Assembly (NCBI RefSeq): GCF_009834535.1
Contig: NC_045697.1
Coordinates: 21,950,001 to 22,014,000, forward strand
Source: Camelus ferus
Taxonomy: Eukaryota
Direction of reading: 5' to 3'
Length of the DNA: 64,000 nt
The translations under genes and the position numbers were made by a program. The notes beneath the pieces were generated by a model. It searched no databases. It was not told the DNA's origin and saw only the letters and a program-made list of their open reading frames with translations. Positions 46,860-60,030 of this stretch are shown piece after piece. How positions within the stretch are numbered: position 1 is the stretch's first letter; every line of letters begins with the position of its first letter.

Positions 46860-49800
46860 GACACTAGCTTAGGCAGCCTGATTGGTATTTATACTGATCT
46901 TACAGTCTTCATGTATCCTTTGTTTAAGAACGCAGGTCACCATGGAACACATCTTGGAAAATTTCCACCCAAAATGGTTGAATGTGTGTTGAATGGGTAT
47001 GTTGCTGTATAGATTTAATTTTTGCGAACATCAGTGAGCCATCCTTGTATCTAATTTTAAGTAAAGACTCAAGAATTTTGTATCACAAAGTGCCTATAGT
47101 TTATAATTGACCCTAACATGGTTATCTATGCTTCAATGCCCAATCAGTCCATGACTGTGGATTTTTTAAAGACGTAGAAGTAAACGTTACTGTTAAATCT
47201 TTATATGTCATTGAAATAAATGAAGTGTGGGAATGAAATGTGTTAACCTTAAAATACTGGCCTTAAGGTTTCACCAAATCTTCAATGTTACTGCGATCCT
47301 AAGTCTACTAAAATGCACACAGTTGACCTGATTGACTGTTCAGTCTCTTATCTCATCTGTGTTCTTGCATATATATTCCACTTGGGGAATGTTCTTTGTA
47401 ATTAAGAAGAGTCACTTAAGGGAAAGGGGAGTAGGTCTGCAGACACTTAGAATGGATTCAGGTAAGAAGGAAAGGAAAGTAACAAATATGTATTAAGGTG
47501 TCTCATTTCGTGCACATTTTTTTCTGAAAACTGCCTTGAATGATAAAGTCACACTGCTGGTTAACGGACCTGGAAACCCTCCTACCTGGATATACAAATC
47601 CCATTTTGCCACCTTAAATCTAAGAGCAGAAAAGGCCTCTTATCAATGGCTTCTGGTGGCTTTTTGTCTATGATCAGACATTCTAGCCTGCAATAGAGGC
47701 TGTAAGTTGTCCTCACAGAGATTTTTCTTTATTATTCCTAACAGTCTGGAATGGGTTTTTTTGGTTTTGGATTGTTAACGTTCGGGACTACATCTTTAGG
47801 ACCTGGTAACTTTAGGAACCTTTAGAACCTCTTGTTCAAGGTCCTGCTGTTTCTGATTTTACACTTTTATGGGCTTCTTTTTGTACTTCTAGTGGAGACA
47901 CTGGTGTGAAGAAATACTCTATGAGCCAAGGGAATAAGTTTTTCACAACCACATTTTCTAGACTCTACAATTGTTCAAATTTGAGAATCTGATTGGTAAA
48001 CCTAGGACACCAAGAAGAAAAATAATTTAAATATCCATGTGTGCACACATATTTTTTTATTTTTTTGCAACTTCTCTATAATTTTTAAACCCTTTGCTGT
48101 GTCCTCCAACAAGTGTATGAGTGATGCAGGTGGGTTAGAGGGTGGAGTGTTTTAATAGTTGGGAGAGTTAAAGAAGGTATCAAAGGATTTGAGTCAATAA
48201 TGACTTCATTTATTCAGGTTGATTAATTAGTACTTCCTCTCCCACCTGTTGTTAGTGGTTTGCTAGAAGGCAATCTGTTCCATGGAGACAATGCATCAGT
48301 CAGAGGGGTGGGTCAATTATCTAACCTGCATATTTATAATTGGGAGGGAGTGGGGAGGAGCCAAACTCCCTGGAGACAGGAAGGAACCAAATGACGCCTG
48401 TTAGGAGACACTAGTGGGCTTGGAAAAGACGTCACAGGAAAGAGTGGCAGGGGACTCCATACCAGTGGGATCTTTCCCTTTACGTGTAGAGAAGAGAAGA
48501 CACTGCTTCTCATGAAAAGCATCCCCCCTTAATTGTAAAATGTTACTTTGTTATAAGTTAGATCTAGTATTGCAACTATCAGAAATTTGAGAGAATGCTT
48601 ATAAACAGTTTTTAAAAGGGCAACTAAAATTCAAATTTTGGTAACTGTATTTTTCTTTTGTAAGAATTCTTTCAAAATCTAAGATTTGATCTAACAAGAT
48701 TTGTGATGTGCTAAATGATAACAATACATGATTTGAAATTTTAATTTTATGACAACTGCTTTACTGTGTGGAGGGAAAAACACATGTTTTTAAATTTATT
48801 TAACTGAGATACTGCTGTATTTTTAAATATCATATAATGTGTTATTTTTAGAAGTACAATATTATGTAAAATCTCAGAGAGGATCAATTATATATATAAA
48901 ATAATAAAACAATGGCTCATTTATATAGGAAAAAGCAAGAAGACAATCTCTTTTGTATTTTATGTATTTTTTATAAAATTTACTAAGACAGATTTTCTAG
49001 AACATTATATCTGATTCATTTGTATTATAGTTATTGCCATTTTCATCACCTTCTCTTCAAATTACAATAGTTTAGAATTGATCAATGCAATTTTATTTCA
49101 GTTACAAACAGATGAATAAAATGTACTATTTAGCAAAAAAGATGTTAAAAGATAGGTTTACAAATGGAAAAGAAATTTGTATACAATGTTTAATAATCTC
49201 AAATACTAAAATTTAAATTATTTAGTTAAATTTAGTTAAATAATAGTTAAATTATTTTTAAATGTTTGTTGGATGAATTTGACTTATAATACTTTGTTAT
49301 TGGCATTAACCTGTATCTGATACATTTTTGTAATGCTACATCAAACTTTAAAATTAGTAATAGGCTGTAAATAACTTAGTCAGTACAAATTCCCATAGTA
49401 ATAATGTGTGGCCACTGAAATCCTATCAATATCTTTTCCCTGAGCAGCTAAACTCAGCATGATTTCACATTTAATGATACAATAGTAAGGTATGGATTTG
49501 TTAAAAGGAAAGATAAAGCATGGTTTCTGAATAGATAGTCTTTGTTCACTGTGTTGTCGGGTAAGAATTATCAGTCTGCAGTCATCCACTTTAAACTATG
49601 ATCTAATCAGAACTTAAGAGCTAAATAAGAACACAGATGATTAGCCCTTAGCTAGTAGGGACCCCTAGGGAAAACTTCAGTGCTACAGGAAGTGATGCTA
49701 ATGATTTATCAAGTGGTAAACTTGCCTCTGAGAACAGAGTGAACGGGCAACTTCATAGCACAAGGTAGTGTCTATTGGATATTCCAGCCAACCTGAGACC

Positions 49801-51217
49801 TTTTGCCAGCAGAAGTCCAAGGTACATTTTTAAAAGAGAAAGAGATGATAACAAGAACTGGTAAGGTTTGTTCATAAAAATTCGGACTCTGATGAAAATC
49901 TTCCTTTCACTGGGGCTATGAATCTTCAGTAGCTCTGCCAACAGTCAGGAAACCCTTGGTCTCCTAGGGGTACTAAGTGAAAAGGGTTTTAGAAGTTAAG
50001 TTAAACAGCCTTATCAGATCTTCCTAGGAAGGCAGAATTTGGTATTCATCTTGCAACTTAGAACATTGAACTGGAAACTTGAGAGAATTAAACTTCTCAG
50101 AAAAATCTTAATGCCCATCCACTGAAATACACATCAACAGAAAGGAAAACTGAAGCCCTGTGGAACTAAAAGCAGTAACGGAGCTGGCAAAATGCCAGTT
50201 CAAGTAACTCACCTCCTATCCTACATTGTTCGAGTTTTATCAGTTGAAAATGATATCCACTTTCCACTTCATTGGAGAAGGTTGTTTAATAATCTTTTAA
50301 TCATCATTGTACCTTAACAATATGATACTCAGAATCAGAAGGAGACAGAATACTTTTTAAAAAATAGTTTTTTATCTATTTTTGGATAAAATATTCTTAG
50401 GAGATGTGTGTGTGGCTGCTATTATGGTAAATCTAATGTCATGCATTAGTTGACGAGCTTTTAAAGATCTAGCAAGAATACCTTTTTCGATCTCTGAATT
50501 AATTGTTTGCTTCCACAATTGAATATATGTGTACTAGGTATACTGTCAATTACAAGTAGTATGTTTACATCTTCAACTTTCATTTGCTTAACAGTAGAAA
50601 CCTCAGAACTTTAAAAAATAAATTTATGCCACCAGAAGGGCAGGTGAATGGCTTCAGCTGTGAAACATTTGGTTCCTTTTCAGCTTCCCCAGGAAGCCCC
50701 ATTTGCAAAGGAGATGTGAACAGGAAGACAGACCTCAGTCAGCCTGAATCAGAGATTAACTCCTTGTAATCCCATGATACTAAAGCAGGAAATTGCTCTC
50801 AATACATATTGTGACTGAATGACAGTTTTAGAGTAGGAAGTTTTCAAATAAGAGAAAAGTTCCTTACAAACACGACTTTGCTGTTTTTCGATGTCAGTTA
50901 ATTTATTTAACCAGATGCTGGTGGGTATATATACATTTTCCATCTTACCCCTGACTTGATTTCCAGTTTCTGTTATTCTGCTCTTTCCTGTGTCTTTTAA
51001 ATTTTTTTCCAATGCAAAACATTTAAATAGGTTGTCATATATACATTTATTAGAATTCCCTTAATATCACTTATATAAAAATTGATATGTCACATTAGAT
51101 GATTCTATAACATAAAAAACACAAGTCACATGTTAACAACAACCTCTGTAGTCCAGGAACACCCCCATCAGTAGTACAAATTACAAGCACATTTTAAAAA
51201 GAGGAAGATATTGTTTA

Positions 51218-51344
51218 TTTTTTAATAATTTTATTTTTACATTTTTTGTTTTCCCTTTTTTTAAATGGAGGTAATGGGGCCTGAACTACAACCTCGTTCG
51301 TGTATGTTAAGCATGCACTCTATCATTGAGCTATACCCTCCACC
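51218..51344 (-). mobile_element. tRNA-derived SINE resembling camelid Vic-1
   Basis: The minus strand reads GGTGGAGGGTATAGCTCAATGATAGAGTGCATGCTTAACAT...GTTCAGGCCCCATTACCTCCATTT followed by an A-rich tail. It has an A box and a degenerate B box. Flanking direct repeats are AAGATATTGTTTA (51205-51217) and AAGAAATTGTTTA (51347-51359). Confidence 0.8.
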
Positions 51345-52484
51345 AAAAGAAATTGTTTAGACTTTTAAACCAAGATAACTTTGACTAGACTAAATACATT
51401 CGTTCATCAAGTGCAATAAATTTAGCATTGTCAGTAATAACACAATTTTAGGTGCAATTTCACGTGCTTTCAGAAATCTTCCAGTTCATCTCCCATGAAA
51501 ATGTCTTTATGCACACGCTGTTTTCATTTATATGCAGGTGCATCATATTTAAGACTGTTTCAGTTAGTGGTTAAGTGTGTTAATATATATTGTAAGGGAA
51601 TGCCAGGCCAAACTTTAATCACGATGATGACAAATTTTAACAATTAGAAAAAATCCTTTGAAGTATGTTTTAATTTGTTTAATTGCAATGAATACTATTT
51701 CCTCTTACTAGACACTATCAAAATAAGTGATGAGAATTTAAATATTAACTCCAAAAGAATGGAGACTCAAACCTCCTAAAATATTAACAAGTATTTTAAT
51801 TAAGAATATGATCATTCTGTAGGTCAAAATGTGATTTCATATTTATTACCAAATGTAAAATACCAGTGATTTGAAATTAAGAATGAGGCTTAAAATATTT
51901 GAACTGAATTGTAAAATACAATTTTAAAATGTGCAGTAACTTGCTTGTGACTATGTAATGGAATGTTTTTCACAGTAATGTTATGTTAAAACACTACTCT
52001 AAATGAACAGAATAAGTAAACATACCTTTACTGGCAAGAAAAGTGAAAAATTAAGGCCTTTTAATGCTATCTGTAATTACTACCTGAACTCAAATGTCAA
52101 ATAGAGGTTACAGTGATGCTCTTGAATATACAGTTGTGAGACAATCAGACCAAGCCCTAACCATTTCCAGCATTCTGTCTAGATGTGGTGGGTTGGGGGC
52201 TTAATTAAAATAGAGATACAGAGAAATGCTCATTTAAAGATAATAAAGTTAACTAGCATTAGAGTTTGTATGAAGAGTAGTAACTGAGTTGAGATGAAGC
52301 AACTAACAATGTGTTAAAGAGGTTAAAAATAATACTTTGCAGCGTTGTAATCCCATGTGTCTTTTAAATCAACTTGAAACCTCTCTTAGAGAGACTTGTA
52401 TTTAGCAATACAGCTATGGACAAACAGGTGATGATATTTGCTGTGAAAACAAATTGAAGCAAAGCATCATTTTAAACTAAATTT

Positions 52485-52542
52485 CTCAAATCAGGTTTCT
52501 TAAATCAAGTTTTTTTTAAATCAAATTTCTTAAATCAGGTTT
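52485..52542 (+). repeat. Degenerate ~14-15 bp tandem repeat (TTTCTTAAATCARR-like, about 4 copies)
   Basis: Recurrent tttct(c/t)aaatca(g/a)(g/a) units. Confidence 0.7.
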
Positions 52543-55500
52543 AGAAGAGAATGATAGTTTCAGGTGGTTTAAGAAAATGTAGATTTTGTACAACAGAATC
52601 CATCTAATATTGATTAGCAATGGTTTTGTTTCCACTTCCATCCATTATTTAAAATAATTGGATCTGGGGAGCTACATGGATCAGGGTCAAATAAATGTTT
52701 TCATAGCAATTATTGGCAGACATTTCCCTTCTGAAAAGTTTCCCCCGAATGGAAAGTATAATTTGCATCTAGTTAAGTATTGATGCGCCCAGTAGTGAGT
52801 TTTGATTTTTATGTATTTTTTTGAGACACGGCTTGCAGAGTTGCAGGCTGGTAGGCACCAGGATTTCCTGCACACGGCTGCCAGCGCCGAGCCACATCTG
52901 CCCGCGGCCCCCGCTGACTTGGCTGCAGCACATCCCCCCAGCCCCTGCCGCCAGATCAGGTGTGGAGATGCCGCCGAGCTGTCACTCCGCATGGTTTCCT
53001 GCAAGTCAGCTCTCTCGTTCCCATCTGTGTTGATCTTCTTTCATGGCTTTTTTCACTGCTTGCCTGGCATGCATGTATTTGTCTGATAAGCCTCAATTTG
53101 GCTTTAAGACCTGCCTTCCCAGGTTGTGGCTCAAAATGAAATTTCTCCGTGGGTGTGTTTTCCCTTTAGTTATACTTGTTACTTAATTCTTAACTTTGAG
53201 ATGTTTCTGTTTGAAGACACACTCTATTAAGCTGCTTAGAGTCTTTTTCCACATTGCCCATCCCATTTTGAGTGTCTTAAGCCATTAAGATCTACCATGT
53301 TGCAAGTTTTATTGGCTTTAAAGTTTAAATAACAGCAAAATGAGATGACTTAAATATATAACGGCTTTTTTTTCCACTTGACTCTTCTCTTACATAATTC
53401 TCTTTAGCCAGGAGGTCACTTTTCAGCAGGAATTTATTTGAATAGCTTTGGTTGTTAATATTCTGGTGAGCCACACTGCAGTCAGGGATAGATTACATAC
53501 TGATATTTTTAGTCCATAAAGGGCTTTTCTATAGCTAAAGTTTATTTGTGCTTTGCACCATTAATTGGCGTTTTCAGCCATATTCTTGATTATGCAGCTA
53601 AAATTCAGTCTAAAGTGTCCAATCCTGCAGGCTTTGTTCTTGCAAAACACCCCATGAATTAATTATTAAGAGTGGTGTACTCGTGATGGCCGCTGGCGCA
53701 GGCTTGGTGGGTATTCTAAGTTGGAAAATGAAAGGGCGGATGATTCAAGTACCCCATGCTCTGATTAGAGGGCTGTGAACAGCTTCCTTCATTTACACAT
53801 TAACATCATTTCATGCTCTGTTTTCAAACAAGGAATGTCTGTTCTAAAAGTAGATCCCTGAGATACTGCTAATGCACCAAGTTCCAGTTGTCCTTGCTTG
53901 AAATAGTCCATCAGGTTTTCTTTCCTTTCAAGAGATAAATCACTATAGCTTTCATGTATTTTGGCAGATTTCCTTAGTTATGGGATTGTGGTTTGAAATT
54001 GGCTTATGACTTCCTGCTTCTTAACAATAAGAAATAGCGTTGAGTGTCTTAGCCCTGTTACCCAATGTGTTTGTTCTGGAAACTGGGGTGAAGTTAAATG
54101 GAAAGAGAAATATGAAACTCAGGTGGGAAGCGAGTGCTCAGTGATAGTGTACACTCTTCTTTCTTTATAGATTCATTCACCCTACAAATATTAATTGTGT
54201 GTCTGAATCATGCCAATTACTCTTCTAGCTTAAAACTTATTGTTAATGTTATAATCTGTGCTCCAAATGATTATAAACTAGAAGCTTGTCAAAATTCCTG
54301 TTAAAAACATAAGAGTGACATACAGCTTCCCCACTGAAAAACTGGAAAATTGAACAAAAGTTTCACTTAATAATTATCAAAAGATCGGATTGGTTATTAT
54401 TGAAATTATACAATGAACCACATTTTAAGGGGAAACAATAGTTTGTCTTCCATTTGTCTTTTAAAAAAATCAGTATACGCTTCAAGATTTATTACTAAAA
54501 AACTAGGCAAGATACCAGCTTATAGGCTTACTTCATATCACTGTTATTTTTTGCCATTGAATCTCATGAATGAGCAGGTGGCTTAAATCTGAGCTGTGAC
54601 AATTTAAAGTATAAACACACAAAATATGGGACTTCTCTGTTCCGGGAAGGTCATGTCATAAAACTTCTTTCCATTGGAAGCTAAAAATTCATTGACAAAA
54701 TCAGTTACCTGAATGTCTTAAACAGGAATCATGCATTATTTGATCTGTTTATTGTCACCAGATGGAAAAAAATCTCCTGTAATTCTTATACTTAATCTCT
54801 ACTTATTTTGAACAATTTCAAAATTTTGTTCTAGCTGCATAGAACTGACTGTATTTGAACAGTCTTACCCCTGAATAATGACAATTGTTAAACCAGGATT
54901 TTAGTGAAACCTAGGAGTTTTTCTTCATTGTCAACAAAACAAAACAAAACTGTACACATAAGCCCTTGCATTCTGGGACTTCATCCAAAAGCATTTAGCA
55001 ATTTGGCGGTCCCCACCTTCAGAAAACCTGTACTTTGGTTCTAGGGTCTGGGTACTGTGATGTACCCAGAGGATCCTAGCATTCACTACATTGTCAGGGA
55101 GGGTTTAGAAGTTGGTCAGTTTTATTTTCCTGGCACCTAAAATCTGCATTTTCTTACTTGGGCCATTTGCTGTTCACAGGAGAGAATAATGGGAAATTGT
55201 ATTCATAAATGTGCCTTTCATTTGTCTTTATTTTGCAAGAAGCCACACAGATTAAACATTTCAAGAAAATATCGTGTAGCCTCAGGATTTTAACTAATCT
55301 TATATTTTCTTTAATGACTGCAACCGTTAGAAATTATAAATAGAAAACTATTTTGTGTTTTGAATTGTATATATCTTTTCATTTTCTAAAATTCTTTATG
55401 ACATTTTCTCATAAAATTATATAGCTAACGTTAAATTATAGAAACAGAAGGGGATTACGTGTGGCCTTTTCTTACAAACCTTTCGTAGATTAAGATTTTC

Positions 55501-56029
55501 TGTAACAAACTTGGTAACATGTTTTAATGCTAAAACCCAAATGAATGTATTTATTCAGTTAGCACTCTTTAATTGCCGGTAAGAGAAATTAGCTCAAGGT
55601 GTATTATGCCAAAATGGAAGTACATGGAACCCAGTTTTTATCAATGTATTGGAAGATCGGTCCACCAGTATCTGTGCTTACCCTTTCTCCCTCTCCCTTC
55701 CTCCCTTTCTATCTCTTCATCTCTCTTTTCTGTGCATCCACTTCTCTCTTCTTACACTGGAGACCATCTTTTTATCTTCTGCTATTCTAGATGGTAAACC
55801 ATGGCTGATAACTCCACAGTTCCTTAATTTGCATGCTACACGCCCATCTACCTGCAAGACTGGTCATTTTTCTGGGTACCAATTTCAAATGTCAGGGAGA
55901 GAAACTCTGGCTCTGCCTAGATTAAGGCTCTTTCAATCAGCTGTTCCCTGGGGGAGAAGGGTCATGAACAAGGTATTCTAGAGAAGATAGATGCAGATAC
56001 TATCAAATAATAATAACAATAATGATAAT

Positions 56030-56290
56030 AAATAGACACCTACTGTATGCCTGAATCTGTGCCTAAGTGTTTTATTTGCATCATCTCTTGTAAATAACTA
56101 TTCATAAAGCACTGTGCATTTAAAAAAGTGTTTTTGCTTGCATTATATCGTCAATCCTAACTATCACTTTATCAACTAAATGCTTTGATTTCTGTTTGAT
56201 GTTGAAAAAGCTTTTGCTGAAACTTAAGTGAGTTATTAAGTGACAGAATCAGATTTCAAACCATGTCTTCCGATTCTTCCTTCAGAGCTT
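56030..56290 (-). mobile_element. MIR fragment(s)
   Basis: cacctactgtatgcc...ctgtgcctaagtgtttta...taagtgacagaatcagatttcaaacc. Confidence 0.5.
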
Positions 56291-56514
56291 TTTACACTTA
56301 AAAGCTACCTCCTTTCTGCAGGGTGTCAGCGATACAAAATTTTGTGAAACATGGTAGTTAATCAGACCCAAGACTCCCACAGCCTTGTATTTGGTGTCTA
56401 ATAATAGGACCCCTTACAGTCATAGTTTCTTTTTTTTCTTATTCTTTTTTTTTTTTTTTTTTTTTTTTGGCTAACCCTTCTCTCTGATTTTTCCCTTAGC
56501 AAATAGATTGCTTA

Positions 56515-56945
56515 AGAATGCATTTAGCTGCAAGTAATAAATTAACCATGCTTAACTGAAGGGTTGATTTTTCCCTTAGAACAAGTTTCAAAAAGCCACC
56601 AGTCAGCAGGATTCGCTGAGTCGTGATGCTGCTGTCCTGTGGCTCTGTCATCCTCAGTTGTTGGTTTTCCTTCTCATATTCCCGAGACAGTTGCTGCTTC
56701 TCCAGCCACTCTGTCCTTGTTTCAGATGAGGAGAAGGAAGAGGGACAAAAAGAAAAAGAAAAACTTCCTTGACCCCATTTCCTTTCTATCCCGGGAAGGA
56801 TTCCCTCCTCAAGGACTTTTCTCAATATTTTATTGTCCAAAATTTTGCCACTCAGCGTCTCCTCGGAGAAAGCTAGATGGGAGTGTGGGTGTTTTTTCTT
56901 TTCAGTTTTGGTGGTGTGGAAGACGAGGGAGTGAGCCAAACTAAC
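56515..56945 (-). mobile_element. Old MaLR LTR (MLT1J/K/L-like)
   Basis: Degenerate motifs ttagctgcaagtaa...ctctgtcatcctcag...tgctgcttctccagcc...ggacttttctcaatattttattgtccaaaat. Confidence 0.55.
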
Positions 56946-57234
56946 CCTCTGCTTTAAGGGACCAGAAGTAGTAACTCGGGTCTTGGTACCACATGCCTGT
57001 TAAGTCTTCTCACACTGGCATGAGTCACTCAGATGTTTTCAGCATTTTCTTTGTTCAGTTGAATGACTCCAGTTTCCTCTAACTCTCTTAATAGGATGGC
57101 TTTCTAACTTTCTCTGACCTTTAGAGCCCCTTCCAATGATTATTTTTTTAATCCATATCTCTACACATATCCAAGATGTTATAAACCTACCTAATCCCAA
57201 GAGGGTATCTGAGAACCATCCTGTTCTCCCCATA

Positions 57235-57345
57235 TCCCTTCTTTACATTTTATAGATGAGACATGGAGGCCTGGAGAGGCAAAGCTGCATAGCAAGTTAG
57301 TGAACCTAAACTAGGTTCCACATCTCTGGACTCCCAGGCCTGGGT
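57235..57345 (-). mobile_element. MIR fragment
   Basis: cattttatagatgag-acatggaggcctggagagg. Confidence 0.55.
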
Positions 57346-57534
57346 TTTTCTAAGTATTACTAAATAATATGTCTATATGTTCATATATGTTGAAATTTAG
57401 AAGCAAAATAAAATCACTGACATAGAAAGTGTTTATTACAGAAAAAAAACTCTTGAAATGACCACCCTGTAATTCCAATTCCACAGAGTGCTAGGCGTTG
57501 ACTAGTGAAATAGGAGGCAATCTCTAGTGTTTCA

Positions 57535-57745
57535 AGTCAGCAGATGTTTACTGGGTGCCTGTTACGTTCCAGGCACGACAGAGGCCTCGGATACAGCAGT
57601 GAACATGGAAGAGGAAGTTTTGCCCTCAGTAAAGTTTACAAATATGCGTTGATTTTCATACACTAATCAAATATTTACTAAGGGCTTACTCTGTGTCTTG
57701 GACTGTTCTAAATACAGGATATACAGTTTATGACAAGAAAGACAA
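57535..57745 (-). mobile_element. Two adjacent L2 3'-end fragments
   Basis: cagcagatgtttactgggtgcctgttacgttccaggcac...gatacagcagtgaaca, then aaatatttactaagggcttactctgtgtc...gatatacag. Confidence 0.55.
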
Positions 57746-59616
57746 GATTTGTATTCTTTTGAACATTGAAGCCAAAAATCACTGTTTTCTAGAGATACAC
57801 AATAAAGAACTCAGACATCACCTTTCCCCACTGCTTATTAGCGAATGCATTCAAAGAAACATATATTTAATTGATAGTATTTCTTAATCTGGGGGTTACA
57901 ATAAATTCTAGGCTTTTAAAAATGTATCTGATATATATCTTTTGGCAGGGTGTGCAATTTTGTTAGATTCAAACAAGGATCCAGACTTAAGTGTAAATTT
58001 ATTGGGCTCAATTCTAACAACTTTGACTCTCTCTACCTTTATTCCTTTGTTTTATTGAATTTAACTTGAATGAAATCTTTTTTTATTTGTCTAAGTCTAT
58101 TTCTGTCTAGTAAGGAAGTTGAAATTGATCACGCCTGGACTTTGTGGGCCATCAGAGAACCATGACATTCCAGGGTATTGATTTTGTGGTGTTAAAGGGT
58201 GACAGATCCGGTGTTAAAGTGCCAAGAGAGAACTGGGTTTCAGATTGTACACCATAAGCAGTCTTGGCTTTTGCTGAGGCATGACTAGCTTTTTAAAGTA
58301 ATGGAAGGAATTGTAAGTCTTTCGTAATTTTTCCTGCATATCCTTGGAAAGATTAATTTAAACCAGAAGCGCGTAATCATGCATACAGGGAAAATGGTCC
58401 ACGTGTGGTAAATACGTACTCTGCATATCTGTATGCATACAGTTTAGAGTGCATGTATACATGTGATTAAAGACAGCATACTCTGTGCTAAGAACACTGA
58501 GTAATGTTTCAAGTCAATATGACTAAACCTTTTCAAAACATATTTCTCCTCACATTTTGGAAGTCAATTGGTGATAACAAGTTTTGCTGTCTTTCACATC
58601 ATTCTTATAATCATTATTTTGCATTTTGTTACTGTTGTGCTTTCACGTAGGTACTGCAGAATATGAGTTATGGTGCTCACACTTCAGAGAGGCCAGAGGT
58701 CTACAAGTGAAATGCTTGGCAATTTTTCGTTACCCTCTGGGACATGGGAGGTTGACAAGAACATTATAATAGCTGCTCTAGACATGATCTGAGGAAGAGT
58801 AACCATGGTCATCTTTCAATGTCCCATTTGCCTCTCTATTTGTTCTTTTTCAGTTTAATGACCTTTAGTGGATGCACTGAAAATAACATTTTGATTATAT
58901 GATTATTGTGTGGAAGACTCTACTGAGCTAAGTCCAAGTGTATCTCTGGAAACTAATCAGAGGTGCACCAGATTCATTGACTTTAACCAATCCATCATAG
59001 TCATCTTTTAATTTATTTCCCCACGTTTTTCCAAGTTCCCATTCTTGAATAAGACTTTGACTTGCAAAGAAGAATAGAATGTATTTTATAATGTATGTTT
59101 GTTCTGTTTTCTAACAACATAAGTATTTTGCTTAAGCAGATTTGCTAGAAAGTGACAGCTTTGAAAAATTGGACACCGGAGCCGCTGGAAGCATTTCAGT
59201 TCCAGGCAATCTAAATAGTGCAGAAGGGGAAAATGAAATATCACCGTGTTTTAAAGATGACAGTTTTGTCAAAGATCCCTTTTCACTCTTTGGCTTAAAA
59301 CAAATAGAGTAAATCAAGTATATCTGTTCAAAATATGCGTGTGCACTCATGGAGGAAGCACCCCTTCCTAGGAAGGTTCCTTCAGAGACAACCAATGAGA
59401 GGATTACCTTTAAAACATGTTTCACGGATCGGGAAGACTTTCATTTTCTTGGCTTAATTATTATTTGGCACATTTTGAGGTCATGGGATTTCACTAGAAC
59501 ATAGTGGTCCCTTTAAAAAGAGAGGAAAAGGAGAATCTCCTAGTTTAACACCATCTGAGTATATCATTATGGGCCTCTATCATGTTTTTTTAGAAATGCA
59601 ATAATGTAATTATTAT

Positions 59617-59665
59617 TGTGTATGTGTGTGTGTGTGTGTGTGTGTGTTTGCACATGCGTGTGTGA
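59617..59665 (+). repeat. (TG)n microsatellite, interrupted
   Basis: Read directly from the sequence. Confidence 0.9.
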
Positions 59666-59819
59666 GAGAGGTTTAAAAGCCTAAGGTTAGATTCTAAACA
59701 TTTTATGAATATATTAAAAATGCAATAATATTCTCTAGATGAAAAATGTTGTTGAGTATATTTGAAAAGGTGTAGCAAGTTTGATAAAACCTGCTTTGAG
59801 AACAGTTGTATCGCTAACT

Positions 59820-60030
59820 GGAGAGGCAGTGGAGTGTAGTCTAGTTAAGAGCACAGACACAGAGATGAGACTTCTTGGGCTAAAAATTCCAATGCTGTGA
59901 TCCAGAGCAAGTTAATTTCTCCGTTCTTGAGTCCCTTCTTTGTTAAATGGGACTAATGATAGTATCTACTTCCTAGAGTCCACATACCGCTAGCCTGAGA
60001 TCTCATAAACACTCAACAGTGTTAGTTATT
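59820..60030 (+). mobile_element. MIR element
   Basis: gaggcagtggagtgtagt...ttaagagcacagac...gcaagttaatt...aaatgggactaatgatagtatctact...ctcaacagtgttagttatt. Confidence 0.7.

Noticed and set aside
51262..51344. Possible tRNA gene
   Set aside because: Degenerate B box and stems, an A-rich tail and a TSD indicate a SINE rather than a functional tRNA.
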